64,000 nt of DNA, taken from an uncultured Candidatus Saccharibacteria bacterium (GTDB lineage Bacteria; Patescibacteriota; Minisyncoccia; Phycocordibacterales; DATDWN01). Shown here piece after piece: positions 20,369 through 29,948 of the stretch; position 1 is the stretch's first letter; the number at the start of each line of letters is the position of its first letter. Under the pieces are notes generated by a model. The model had not been told where the DNA came from. It searched no databases and was given only the letters and a program-made list of their open reading frames with translations. The position numbers and the translations under genes were made by a program. Where the stretch lies: the NCBI GenBank assembly GCA_964576615.1, contig CAZNUU010000001.1:95309-159308 (forward strand). Direction: 5' to 3'.

Positions 20369-21631
20369 TTACCTGCCCAAGATGGCATCGAGAGTATTTT
20401 GTTTTACAACCAGTCTCGCTGGAATATAGCCTGCAATGATAGTGGCTACAATGAGAAGAACGGCTCTCAAAGACGTGTTGTAGTACTCAGCCACAATAAT
20501 TCCATCACTAAATGGAAAATTAATCGGGTGAGCATTTACAAACGGCACCAGAAATCCATACAAGACAATCGCTCCACAAGAAACTCCCATCACGGCGTAA
20601 AATATTGATTGCAAAATGTATGAAATTTCTATAGCTCTAGAATCAATGCCAATGCCTTTTAGAATTCCAATAAATTTTCTGCGCGTAATTGCATTAATGT
20701 AGATAACAATAAAAATAGTAATCATTGCCACTGCCAAACCAATTGAACCAATGACATTTCCAAGTAGTGCAAACGTGTCCTTGATATCTTTCAAAAATTT
20801 AGGCAATGCCTCACCCGAAACTTGAACTCTGGCAGTATCTCCTACCCCACTTGAAAGCAAGGCATTCTTTACTAAATATGGATCTACCCCAGGTTTCGTT
20901 TTTATCGCAATTTCATCTACGTTATAGTCAGTTCGGCCAATAAGCGTGCGCATAGTCGAGTCAAGCATGAAAATCCTAATATCCAGTTCATCCACCTTAC
21001 TTTTTATCACACCTTTTATTGTTACCTCACGGGTATTACCCCCAATGGTAAGCCTGACCTGTGAGCCGACTTCCACCTTGTCTAGATTACTAAAAGCTGG
21101 AGACTCAAAGGCCAGGTACTTCTTTAAGAGATTTGCCCCAACCAAGATCGAATCTGTGTCGTCCTTATTTAAATATTGCCCTTCAATTATTTTGGATGAA
21201 AGATGAGTTGTGGCATCCTCCTTTTCTGGGTCAATACCTGCTACAAGTGCACCAGCTTCATTAGACTTTTCTGTAAAATCAATTCTCTCTTTGTATGTTC
21301 CCTCGATTTTTCCAGCTTCCACATACCGCGCAGAGTAATTCTCCGTCCAAGGCATGCCTTTAACAATTTCAATTATAGAAGGACTATTTTCGATATAATC
21401 TTTCTTCGGTAAATTAGAAATTAAGACATCACCAGAATAATGCTCCCGAAATGTGCTGGTTGAGCCCTCCAGTAATCCCACTAATACACCTCGAATTACC
21501 ACCAAGTTAAGAAAAGTCAGCATCATGACAAAAACAATAAGGGTAGTGGTACCTATGCTCGATCCTCGTATTTGTCTCCACGCAAGGAAAAAACCAAGCT
21601 TGATAGAAGTAAGGAGATTCTTAAAACGCAT
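20369..21631 (-). CDS. ABC transporter permease (FtsX/MacB type)
   Basis: TM1, large periplasmic domain, RRKFIGILKGIG, C-terminal TMs. Confidence 0.9.
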   Translation of the reverse strand: MRFKNLLTSIKLGFFLAWRQIRGSSIGTTTLIVFVMMLTFLNLVVIRGVLVGLLEGSTSTFREHYSGDVLISNLPKKDYIENSPSIIEIVKGMPWTENYSARYVEAGKIEGTYKERIDFTEKSNEAGALVAGIDPEKEDATTHLSSKIIEGQYLNKDDTDSILVGANLLKKYLAFESPAFSNLDKVEVGSQVRLTIGGNTREVTIKGVIKSKVDELDIRIFMLDSTMRTLIGRTDYNVDEIAIKTKPGVDPYLVKNALLSSGVGDTARVQVSGEALPKFLKDIKDTFALLGNVIGSIGLAVAMITIFIVIYINAITRRKFIGILKGIGIDSRAIEISYILQSIFYAVMGVSCGAIVLYGFLVPFVNAHPINFPFSDGIIVAEYYNTSLRAVLLIVATIIAGYIPARLVVKQNTLDAILGR

Positions 21632-21667
21632 TAGCCTACATTAACTCAAAATTAGCGTTTGGTCAAA

Positions 21668-22060
21668 CTAGTAAAGTCCCTTGCAGTTGCCCCCAGGTAC
21701 AAATCCAGCAGCCTTTGCCACAATGATCGAAGCAAAATGAATCTGGTTTTCTGGCTTTATTCTTTTAACTGTTCCGCACCAGGGATAATAGTATTTCTTG
21801 CCACTGCGTGAGCCTATAACCGGACCGTCCTTCGGAATCGGAGCTTCCACCTTTGGAATAACTTTTTCTGTCGAACTTGCCACACCCAAGACATCACTCG
21901 AGGAAGTTGCGATCACATTATTATATTCAATTTTAATGGGTGGACGGTGTTCTTCTGTGTACGAGAGCCTGCCGATTGCAAAGAAAATCGAAGCAACAAC
22001 CAAGATTAAAATAAGAGTATAGTATGGCTTTACTTTTTCAAGTATTTCATTTATACTCAT
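21668..22060 (-). CDS. Membrane-anchored protein with Ada-type metal-binding-like C-terminal domain
   Basis: GSRSGKKYYYPWC...IHF...AKAAGFVPGGNC. Confidence 0.6.
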   Translation of the reverse strand: MSINEILEKVKPYYTLILILVVASIFFAIGRLSYTEEHRPPIKIEYNNVIATSSSDVLGVASSTEKVIPKVEAPIPKDGPVIGSRSGKKYYYPWCGTVKRIKPENQIHFASIIVAKAAGFVPGGNCKGLY

Positions 22061-22079
22061 AGCGCTTTAATTATATACC

Positions 22080-22355
22080 ATGGCTCATAAGAAATCCGCA
22101 GGAACATCAAAAAACGGCCGGGATTCAAACCCAAAATACCTTGGGGTTAAATTAACCGATGGTGATATTGCAGAGGCCGGTTCGGTTTTAATCCGCCAGA
22201 GAGGTACGGATGTTTTGCCAGGACGCGGAGTTTCTATGGGCAGAGACCACACTATTTACGCCCTTGTTTCTGGGAAGGTTAGATTTAGTACAAAAAGAAA
22301 AACTCATTTTGATAATAGATCTGTCGTAAAGAAGACAATAAGTGTAGTTGCCTAA
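22080..22355 (+). CDS. rpmA: 50S ribosomal protein L27
   Basis: [26 protein letters not shown]. Confidence 0.98.
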   Translation: MAHKKSAGTSKNGRDSNPKYLGVKLTDGDIAEAGSVLIRQRGTDVLPGRGVSMGRDHTIYALVSGKVRFSTKRKTHFDNRSVVKKTISVVA

Positions 22356-22491
22356 GGGACTCGAACAAATTTCGGGAATAAAAATGGTGCCGATTGCACC
22401 ATTTTTATTTTATTTTTCTATATTGACAAATTACGGTTTAGTGCTATAATACACATAGATACGGGGTAAGTCCCCACAATCAAGGAGACAG

Positions 22492-22881
22492 GTGTTGAAA
22501 AGACACAAACGTGCATGGCGTGATCGAATCGGGCAGAAGTTCGTCGATCGACTGCCGGAAACGGTGGTCAAGGTCGGAAGTGACGAGTTCACTCGCCGTG
22601 ACCTAGTGATCGACGTTGAATCAGCCAACTTCCAGGCGGCTGCCGCTCTGGACGAGGCGATTCAGCACTTCCATCCGAAGGGCGTCGTGGAAGTCTCGAA
22701 GAGAGTCGATCAGCACATGCTTCGCGCCCGTGGCTACATCGGAGATACCGCCATCTTCGTTTGGTGCGGAATTCTCGAAGCCAAAGGCGTGAACGTGGAT
22801 CGCTGGCTCGACCAGGACTTCACCGAACGCAACAAGGAACGCAGGCGTAGACGCCTCAAGCGTCGCAATCGCAAGCGCTGA
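22492..22881 (+). CDS. Hypothetical protein with Arg-rich tail, GC-rich cassette
   Basis: TTGACA-N16-TATAAT at 22423-22450; AAGGAG SD; hairpin ~22891-22932. Confidence 0.7.
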   Translation: MLKRHKRAWRDRIGQKFVDRLPETVVKVGSDEFTRRDLVIDVESANFQAAAALDEAIQHFHPKGVVEVSKRVDQHMLRARGYIGDTAIFVWCGILEAKGVNVDRWLDQDFTERNKERRRRRLKRRNRKR

Positions 22882-22990
22882 CCGCCGAACATGAAGCCGC
22901 CGAACAGGCACTTCAGGTTCGGCGGTTTTCATATATAAAATTTAGTTTACAAGCCTTTTGTACCATGCTAGTTTGATTTACGGAGGGCTC

Positions 22991-23347
22991 ATGCCTAAAA
23001 TCGATATTCTGTTCGTCGTGGCTCTGGCACTTTACTCAATCGCGATCTGGTCAGCCAACCAGACCCGGATTGGCCTTTCACCTTTGAAGGTCATCGTCTT
23101 CGGACTCGCACTTGTCGCTGACTACACCGGCACTGTTGTCGTCTGCATGACGGCAAAAAACTGGTCTTGGAACGCTCATGCCATCCTGGGCTTCACTGCG
23201 CTAGGAATCATGGTCGTTCACTTCCTCATTGCTTTCTGGGCTGTCCTAGGAAACGAGGATGCCAAGTGGAAGTTCGAGAAGTATTCCATCCCAGCCTGGT
23301 TCCTGTGGCTAATCACATTCCTGAGTGGCATCTTTGTCCAGAGGTGA
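22991..23347 (+). CDS. Small four-TM membrane protein (cassette)
   Basis: Hydrophobic segments with conserved-looking His residues; GGAGG SD before ATG 22991. Confidence 0.7.
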   Translation: MPKIDILFVVALALYSIAIWSANQTRIGLSPLKVIVFGLALVADYTGTVVVCMTAKNWSWNAHAILGFTALGIMVVHFLIAFWAVLGNEDAKWKFEKYSIPAWFLWLITFLSGIFVQR

Positions 23348-23350
23348 CTT

Positions 23351-23545
23351 ATGGGACATTCCAGGCCAAGAGTCATCTGCGCAGTCTGTAACCTCTGGGT
23401 CTCAACAAGAAACAACAAAAGCCCAGAACCATCGCGGCATCTTTGCCCACACAGGCGAAGCTGTTCCGGTAAAGAGGTCAACTGTCCAGAATGCAGGAGG
23501 GCAATAGAAAAGAGAACCCGCCAATCCGAAGCAAAACCCGGGTGA
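23351..23545 (+). CDS. Small Cys-rich (Zn-ribbon-like) protein
   Basis: CAVC...CPH..C...CPEC; GAGG SD; follows the previous gene; hairpin after the stop. Confidence 0.55.
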   Translation: MGHSRPRVICAVCNLWVSTRNNKSPEPSRHLCPHRRSCSGKEVNCPECRRAIEKRTRQSEAKPG

Positions 23546-23561
23546 CAGGCGGGTTTTGTGT

Positions 23562-24005
23562 TTAGATAGATTCAACCACGACCTTAAATTCTGCTTTTTT
23601 ACCTTCGACTTCAAGACGAACAACATGTTCCCCTACTTCTTTAAGCGGTTTTGCAAGTTCTATCCATTCTGGATCAATATTTAAGTGAATCGACTTAAGT
23701 ATTTCCTCCGCCAGTATTTCTTTTGTAACCCCAGCAAATAAATGGCCTTTGTCATTTGCCTTTTCTTTTATGCGTAGAACAAGTTCTTTTATTTTGTCTA
23801 AATTTTTAGATAAAAGTTCCATTTGAACTCTCTTGCTATCGGTATCTTTGGCTTTCATTACCTCTATCCTTTGGACTGCTGCAGGAGTTGCTAACTGCGC
23901 AAGTTTTCTGGGAATAAGCATATTTAAAGCAAAGCCATCTGCTACATTTTTTATTTCGTATTTTCGTCCCACATTTGGAACATCTTTAATAAGAATGACT
24001 TTCAT
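23562..24005 (-). CDS. rplI: 50S ribosomal protein L9
   Basis: MKVILIKDVPNVG, VADGFALNMLIP, GHLFAGV. Confidence 0.97.
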   Translation of the reverse strand: MKVILIKDVPNVGRKYEIKNVADGFALNMLIPRKLAQLATPAAVQRIEVMKAKDTDSKRVQMELLSKNLDKIKELVLRIKEKANDKGHLFAGVTKEILAEEILKSIHLNIDPEWIELAKPLKEVGEHVVRLEVEGKKAEFKVVVESI

Positions 24006-24099
24006 GAAAACTAATATAACAAATATAATATAAATAGCTAATTTGGTGACAGAAAATAGCGCAAAACACGGGCCTGGCTTTCCTGTTATAATCTACCTC

Positions 24100-24756
24100 A
24101 TGAATAATACGGAAAAGCTGATAGAGATGTTTAAGGAATTTCCTGGAATAGGCCCGAGACAAGCAAAAAGATTTGTATACTTTCTCCTAAATAGAAGTTC
24201 TGGCTACTCTGAGAGTTTGGCTAGATTAATAATGGAGGTCAGATCAACGGTCCATAATTGTGATACCTGTTTTAGATTTTTCTCCCTAAACTCCAACGGA
24301 GTCGGGCGATCTGCTAAGGCAGATGTAGCCAACTCAAAAAATAAGACCTGCCCAATATGCCTAGACCAGAGTCGCGAAGACAGTTTACTTATGCTTGTTT
24401 CAAATGATGTCGATCTAGAAAATATAGAAAAAACAAAAGTCTACAATGGATATTATTTCGTCTTGGGGGGAAACATTCCAATCCTCGAAAAAAATCCTGA
24501 GAAAAGAATAAGACAAAGTGAGCTTTTAGATATTGTTGAGAAAAGAGTGAAAAATGGACTAAAGGAGATCGTAATCGCCCTCAATTATAATCCTGAAGGT
24601 GAAAACACTTTGAGTTATCTGGTGGAGATCTTAAAGCCACTTATCACTAAAAACAAAATTAAAATTTCCACACTTGGGCGAGGACTCTCAACGGGCACAG
24701 AACTGGAATACTCTGACACAGACACCATAAAAAACGCTTTCAAAAATAGACAGTAG
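24100..24756 (+). CDS. recR: Recombination protein RecR with in-frame palindromic insert
   Basis: PGIGPRQAKR HhH, C4 zinc finger, Toprim (YFVLGG, NPEGENT), GTELEYSD. Confidence 0.95.
   Translation: MNNTEKLIEMFKEFPGIGPRQAKRFVYFLLNRSSGYSESLARLIMEVRSTVHNCDTCFRFFSLNSNGVGRSAKADVANSKNKTCPICLDQSREDSLLMLVSNDVDLENIEKTKVYNGYYFVLGGNIPILEKNPEKRIRQSELLDIVEKRVKNGLKEIVIALNYNPEGENTLSYLVEILKPLITKNKIKISTLGRGLSTGTELEYSDTDTIKNAFKNRQ
24284..24330 (+). repeat. Double-hairpin in-frame element, copy in recR
   Basis: CCCTAA-ACTCC-aac-GGAGT-CGGGCG-ATCTGC-taag-GCAGAT-GTAGCC. Confidence 0.8.
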
Positions 24757-24869
24757 TGCTAGTATAGAGCTGGAGGGACTGTGACCAAAACAAAAAAAGC
24801 GGCACAAACCGACGGCGAGATATATGTGAAGGCGATCAAGCCGATTCTTATCGGCAAGAGGAAAACCTG

Positions 24870-25064
24870 ATGAAGCGATTCCCTGATTGGCCAGAAGACC
24901 CGGTTGGAGTGATCTCGGCCAAGTATGGCTGGGACCGCTCAACAACCTTGCAGAAGATCCGACGGACCAAGCAGATCCTGGGCCTCACATCCGTTTTCGA
25001 CGCAGCCGATTTCTTGCTGGCGACTTACATACCCAAGCAGGAAATCAGCATCAGCACCGAGTAA
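24870..25064 (+). CDS. Hypothetical protein (cassette; possibly the 3' part of a split gene)
   Basis: 64 aa; ATG overlaps the stop of a 29-codon SD-led ORF at 24781-24870; hairpin ~25081-25101. Confidence 0.5.
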   Translation: MKRFPDWPEDPVGVISAKYGWDRSTTLQKIRRTKQILGLTSVFDAADFLLATYIPKQEISISTE

Positions 25065-25155
25065 GTGGATCCATTTGAAAAGGCGCCCCTTCTGGGGCGC
25101 CGAATTCGTTGTTTATTTATTGTCTTGAGTTTCGTAAAATAAAATTGGAGAGAAC

Positions 25156-25341
25156 ATGAGGTACAAAATACCTGACAGTGTGAGTCGAGTTGCTCGTCGC
25201 CATAGCTGGGGCAGAGCAACGGCAAGGCGGCGAATCGTTGCCTTTGCAAAGGACCATGGCTTTACGATTCTCGAAGCTATCGAATGTCTAATGGTCATCC
25301 AGCCCAGAAAGTTGGGCGAGAACCTAATTCTTCAGTTCTGA
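25156..25341 (+). CDS. Small hypothetical protein (cassette)
   Basis: GGAG SD; hairpin GGCACTCC-gcgc-GGAGTGCC after the stop. Confidence 0.6.
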   Translation: MRYKIPDSVSRVARRHSWGRATARRRIVAFAKDHGFTILEAIECLMVIQPRKLGENLILQF

Positions 25342-25371
25342 AAAGGCACTCCGCGCGGAGTGCCAATTCAT

Positions 25372-25686
25372 TTATTTTATTTCGCCAATCTTTACTTTAA
25401 AAAATGGTTGTCTGTGTCCCCTTCTTTTAAAATATCTGCTCTTTGGTCTGTATTTGATAACTTCAACTTTTTTATTTCTGCCAACTTCTTCTAGTGTTCC
25501 TGTAACTGTAGCTTTCAAATAAGGAGCGCCAATTGTTGTCTCTTTACCATCATCAATAAGCATGACTTTATCAAAAGTTACTTTATCGCCCACCTTGAAA
25601 TCACCTTTGATTTTCTCAATTTTTAGGGAGTCTCCGGGAGAGACTTTGTATTGTTTTCCGCCTGTGCTAATAATTGCAAATGTCAT
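25372..25686 (-). CDS. rplU: 50S ribosomal protein L21
   Basis: FAIISTGGKQYKV, GHRQPF. Confidence 0.98.
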   Translation of the reverse strand: MTFAIISTGGKQYKVSPGDSLKIEKIKGDFKVGDKVTFDKVMLIDDGKETTIGAPYLKATVTGTLEEVGRNKKVEVIKYRPKSRYFKRRGHRQPFFKVKIGEIK

Positions 25687-25736
25687 ATTTAGTCCTATAA
25701 AACTACCAAATATGGCTTAAAATTGCAAGTATTTGG

Positions 25737-26774
25737 CTATTCCAAGTCTGGCTTGTCCAAAAGAGAGGGCTCAAATTCAATTGATTCCCCTGTTATACGA
25801 ACTACATCTTTGTCTATTTTTTTGAATTCTTTGTTTGAGTTGTTGTAGTGGTTCACAACAGTTCCGAGAGAAACACCGAGTTTGCTCTGGTATTCCTCGT
25901 AGCTTTTTAGGTGGTTCATCAGATTTACAATATTTTTTTGAATCTCCTTTGTCTTTTCTTCTATTTGCATTGCCTTAAGGCCTTGCAAAACTGTCTGCAG
26001 ATAAGCCAAGAAAGATGTTGGGGAAACAATGATGACTTTATACTTACCTGCGGCTCTTTGAATCAGATTTTCTGTATCATCTGTAACTGCACCGATTTTG
26101 TTTATGAGCAAATCATAATAAATCGCCTCGTGGGGAATAAACATAAAAGCAAACTCCATTGTCCCCTCTGCTGGTCGAATGTATTTTGCTGTTTCTTGGA
26201 TACGAAGTTTTAAATCATTTAGGAAAATCTTTTGCAGTCTTTCTTTTTCCGTAGAATCATTTGTTTCTGAAATACGGTTATAGTTCTCTAGCGAAAACTT
26301 TGAATCAATGGGGATGACTTTATCTTTAACAAAAACTGCTGCATCCACAATCTCACCATTTTTGAAAGCGTATTGCATCTGGTAACCACCAGGCGGTAAG
26401 ACATTTTTCAGCAGTGTTTCCAGATAATACTCACCCAAAACACCTCTTTGTTTTGGATTCTTTAGGATGTCTTGAAGATTCTGAAGTTGATCTGCAAAAG
26501 AAACAACTTGGCGGTTAGTCTCGTCTAACTTGGTGAGGCCCTTGGTTACTTCGCGAATTAGGTTTGCGGATTCGCCTAATTGCGACCTGACTGATTCATT
26601 CATTTGCTTTGTACTCTCGCCTATTTTTGAATCCACTACCCGGTTTAACTCGTTTATTTGCTCTAGAATGAGTTTGAGACCAGTTTCATCTCCCCCTTTT
26701 GGACGAAAAAAATAAACTAGGACTGCACCAACTGCAAAAGCCAGCAAAATTAGAATTATCGAAATACCATCCAT
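25737..26774 (-). CDS. rmuC: DNA recombination protein RmuC
   Basis: NPKQRGVLGE, IDSKF, FAFMFIPHE, VSPTS. Confidence 0.92.
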   Translation of the reverse strand: MDGISIILILLAFAVGAVLVYFFRPKGGDETGLKLILEQINELNRVVDSKIGESTKQMNESVRSQLGESANLIREVTKGLTKLDETNRQVVSFADQLQNLQDILKNPKQRGVLGEYYLETLLKNVLPPGGYQMQYAFKNGEIVDAAVFVKDKVIPIDSKFSLENYNRISETNDSTEKERLQKIFLNDLKLRIQETAKYIRPAEGTMEFAFMFIPHEAIYYDLLINKIGAVTDDTENLIQRAAGKYKVIIVSPTSFLAYLQTVLQGLKAMQIEEKTKEIQKNIVNLMNHLKSYEEYQSKLGVSLGTVVNHYNNSNKEFKKIDKDVVRITGESIEFEPSLLDKPDLE

Positions 26775-26819
26775 AAGGCCATTCTACCAAAAAAGATATT
26801 GTTGTGATAATCTAGTCTA

Positions 26820-27275
26820 ATGTCATTACATACCCAAATAAAAGAAGAAATCAAGGAAGCGATGAAAGCCAAGGACTCTGTTCGACTGGGGGTAGTCAAA
26901 GGCCTGGTTGCTGCATTTACGAACGAACTTGTTAGCTTAAAGAGAATGCCAACTGAGGAGCTCCCAGACGAAGAAGCCTTAAATGTTATAAGGCGTGCAG
27001 TTAAGCAGAGAAAGGACTCGATTGAGCAGTTTGCTAAAGGTGGGCGTGAAGATCTAGTTTCAAACGAAAAATCAGAACTTGTAATTTTAGAGAGATACCT
27101 GCCTCAAATGATGTCGAAAGACGAAATCATGAAAGTCGCTCAGGCCAAAATGGCTGAGACGGGTGTAACTGACAAATCCAAAGCAGGACAATTTATGGGT
27201 ACACTTATGAAAGACCTCAAGGGTAAAGCGGATGGAGATGATGTAAAACGAGTTGTTGATGAGTTGCTAAAATAA
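26820..27275 (+). CDS. GatB/YqeY domain protein
   Basis: EAMKAKD, KQRKDSIEQF, YLPQMMS, GKADG. Confidence 0.92.
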   Translation: MSLHTQIKEEIKEAMKAKDSVRLGVVKGLVAAFTNELVSLKRMPTEELPDEEALNVIRRAVKQRKDSIEQFAKGGREDLVSNEKSELVILERYLPQMMSKDEIMKVAQAKMAETGVTDKSKAGQFMGTLMKDLKGKADGDDVKRVVDELLK

Positions 27276-28502
27276 CTATTTTGAAAGAATTTCTAAAGCT
27301 TTTTCCATCTGGGTATCCGTACCTTTCTTAAACAAATCCTCATCCAGTTTTACAACTACATCCGGAGTTAGACCTTGGTGCGAAATAGAAATCCCGTTTG
27401 GAGTAAGCCATCTTGCTACAGTTACCTTGAGCGAAGTCTTGTCAGTAATATCAACTAATTCCTGAACCGAACCTTTGCCAAAGGACTGCACTCCAACAAG
27501 TTTTGCCACGCCGTGATCATGCAGGGCACCAGAGAGAATCTCCGATGCACTAGCTGAACCGCCATCAATTAGGACCACTAGTTTTAGTTTGTCGCTGAAA
27601 ATATTGTAACCTTTGCTCCTGAAAATCTGATTCTCGGCTTTGTTTCTAAAGTCTTCCTGAACAATCACCTGCCCGGTTGGTAAAAACCAAGATGCCATAT
27701 CTTGGGCTGCTTCGAGGTAACCCCCGGGGTTGCCTCTCAAGTCTATGATCAATTTATACTTCCCGGACTGAACAAAATCACGCAAGGCATTTCGGAAAAG
27801 ATTTGGTGAAATAGCCGAGAAACTATAAAGGTGGATTACAAAAACATCTCCTTTCGTTTCTGTATCAACTGTCGGCATATTTATAACATCTCGTGTAATG
27901 CTAAGCTCAAATGGTTCCTTCACCCCTGCTCTCGCGAATGTAATTTTAACTGTTGTACCTTTTTTACCCCGGATAAGTTTTATGGCCTCCTCTGTGTTAA
28001 GAGAGCTAGTAACTGTATCATCAATTTTAAGAACTTGATCTCCAGCTTTTACCCCCGCCCTGTAAGCCGGCGTATCTTTTATTGGAGCAATAACTGTTAA
28101 GACTCCATCCTTCATCCCAACTTCCATACCAATCCCTTCGATAGTACCGCTTATTTCCTCGTTGAAACTTTTAGATTCTGCAGGTGGAAAAAAGATAGTA
28201 TATGGATCACCTAATGACGAGACCATCCCCGATATCGCGCCGTAAACTCTGGTCTGATCATCTACTTTTTCCGGCGTAGTGCTGCTGGATGGCAGATATT
28301 TTTCATTAATTATATTCCAAGCTTTCCAGAAAGGCGCAAAATCAACCTGGCTAGAGGAGGTATCGTCCTTGTTTATTATTGTGCTAATTTTGGACTCAGC
28401 TGGTAAATTGTTTTTGCCAGTATAAAAACCAGAAACAAACGCCCCCACTACAAGTAGGAGGGTTACAATTACATACGAGCGATATTTCGGAAAATCCGTC
28501 AT
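27276..28502 (-). CDS. ctpA: Carboxyl-terminal processing protease (S41, CtpA-like)
   Basis: LGDPYT, PDZ domain, DLRGNPGG, SASASE, SFGKGSVQ; ATG at 28502 chosen as start. Confidence 0.93.
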   Translation of the reverse strand: MTDFPKYRSYVIVTLLLVVGAFVSGFYTGKNNLPAESKISTIINKDDTSSSQVDFAPFWKAWNIINEKYLPSSSTTPEKVDDQTRVYGAISGMVSSLGDPYTIFFPPAESKSFNEEISGTIEGIGMEVGMKDGVLTVIAPIKDTPAYRAGVKAGDQVLKIDDTVTSSLNTEEAIKLIRGKKGTTVKITFARAGVKEPFELSITRDVINMPTVDTETKGDVFVIHLYSFSAISPNLFRNALRDFVQSGKYKLIIDLRGNPGGYLEAAQDMASWFLPTGQVIVQEDFRNKAENQIFRSKGYNIFSDKLKLVVLIDGGSASASEILSGALHDHGVAKLVGVQSFGKGSVQELVDITDKTSLKVTVARWLTPNGISISHQGLTPDVVVKLDEDLFKKGTDTQMEKALEILSK

Positions 28503-28509
28503 TAATTTT

Positions 28510-28644
28510 ATCCGCACACTAAATTTGGCTTAGTTGCAGGTGTTTTGTAAAGATTGAATAAATTGTGTTTTTGTCAAGAATCACAGACATACAACGCATA
28601 GGTAATTGGCAACAAAAACACGAAGCTAAAATTAGTGTGCGGAT
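28510..28644. mobile_element. Non-autonomous element sharing terminal IRs with the GIY-YIG element
   Basis: ATCCGCACACTAAATTTGGCTT...AAGCTAAAATTAGTGTGCGGAT; same ATCCGCACACTAA end as 53852-54153. Confidence 0.7.
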
Positions 28645-28693
28645 TAATTATCTCACCCTATTAAAGTTTTTTCAACAACAAAATCTCGTCGAG

Positions 28694-28847
28694 TCATGTT
28701 TCGAGGAGAGCCTTGAGAGCGCACTTTCGCAATCACGAGGTGAGAAGCGGAGCTTCGCAAGACCTTGAGCACGTAGTAGCGAAAGGTGTACAGCTTCTGT
28801 AAGAAGATTTTTAGCAAGAAAATATCCGTGCTCTCTGAGAAACATGA
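28694..28847 (+). repeat. Palindromic repeat family A with 66-nt module (28741-28806)
   Basis: Highly similar to 54714-54869; closed by CATGTTTC..GAGAGC / GCTCTC..GAAACATG. Confidence 0.85.
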
Positions 28848-28899
28848 TGAGAAAGAGATTCCGATTGTGGTCTAATATTTCATACGATATAATTTAAAG

Positions 28900-29820
28900 A
28901 TGGTAAACGAGTACAAATACGAGAATGAGAAGTGGATTGATATTGACCACGGTACACCTGAAGAAATCCACAGAATTATGGACCAGTATGGTATTCACCC
29001 CTTTGTTGCCAAAGAACTTACCTCTGCCACCCCCAAGCCCAGAATAGAAGTTCATGATAAATATATCTATTGTATCCTCCATTTCCCAGCTTGGAAGCAC
29101 ACTCACGCCAAAGAAAATAAAAACCAAGAAGTCGATTTCATAATCGGCCGCGATACTCTAATAACCGCTAGATATGACACTATCGACGCCCTCCACAAAC
29201 TCTCCAAGGACTTGGAGGTAAACGAAATCTTGGGTGGGACATACACCAAGAGAGCCAAGAGTCATATTATTTTCGTCAGCATGCTAAGGACTTTGTATGA
29301 ATCACTTTTTCAAGAACTAGAATATGTGGAAGATTTGACAGATGATATCACTAGCAGGATTTTTAAGGGTGAGGAAAAAAAGATGGTGGTTACAATTTCT
29401 CATGTCACCAGAACTCTTCTTAATTTCAAAAAAACAACAGACTTACATCACGAAATCCTGGAGGAACTTAACAATCGTGGCAAGGAAATGTTCGGTGCTG
29501 AATTTTCAAGGGAGATTGAAAATATAATTCTGGAATATCTCAAAATAAATACGAACATAAGGTCAAACCTCGACATGTTACGAGAACTTCGGGATACCAA
29601 TAACTCACTTTTGACATCGAAGCAAAATGAAACAGTCAAACAATTGACTGTTGTTGGCGCAACACTTCTCCCCCTCAACCTTCTCTCCTGGATATTCGCT
29701 ATGAGAGTCGGAGGCCTGCCTCTAGTTGATAATCCTGCAGGATTCTCTATTGTTATTGGGATGATGCTTGTTTCTGCACTGGTTACCTTAGTCTTTGCGC
29801 GCCATCAAAAATGGATATGA
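28900..29820 (+). CDS. CorA-family divalent cation transporter
   Basis: WIDI, IHP, RPKxE-like segment, QNETVKQLT, two C-terminal TMs; GMN appears as AMR. Confidence 0.85.
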   Translation: MVNEYKYENEKWIDIDHGTPEEIHRIMDQYGIHPFVAKELTSATPKPRIEVHDKYIYCILHFPAWKHTHAKENKNQEVDFIIGRDTLITARYDTIDALHKLSKDLEVNEILGGTYTKRAKSHIIFVSMLRTLYESLFQELEYVEDLTDDITSRIFKGEEKKMVVTISHVTRTLLNFKKTTDLHHEILEELNNRGKEMFGAEFSREIENIILEYLKINTNIRSNLDMLRELRDTNNSLLTSKQNETVKQLTVVGATLLPLNLLSWIFAMRVGGLPLVDNPAGFSIVIGMMLVSALVTLVFARHQKWI

Positions 29821-29943
29821 GACAAGTAAAATTGCATCATCTGCGTTGTTGTAGTTCAATTTTGCTCGTTCACCTTATTACGTATAAGGCTCACTCGCAA
29901 AATCTCCTACGCCTAGCATCTAAAGCAATTTAATTTATCTCAT
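29817..29943. repeat. Intergenic palindromic element (family C)
   Basis: Outer IR ATGAGA.AA.TAAA.TTGC; apical TCACCTTAT-tacgt-ATAAGGCTC shared with 18079-18198. Confidence 0.7.
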
Positions 29944-29948
29944 AAAAA

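Noticed and set aside
28565-28768. Short ORFs overlapping palindromic repeats (also 35466-35657, 42849-43034, 54686-54877)
   Set aside because: They run through repeat elements and have no protein-like features.
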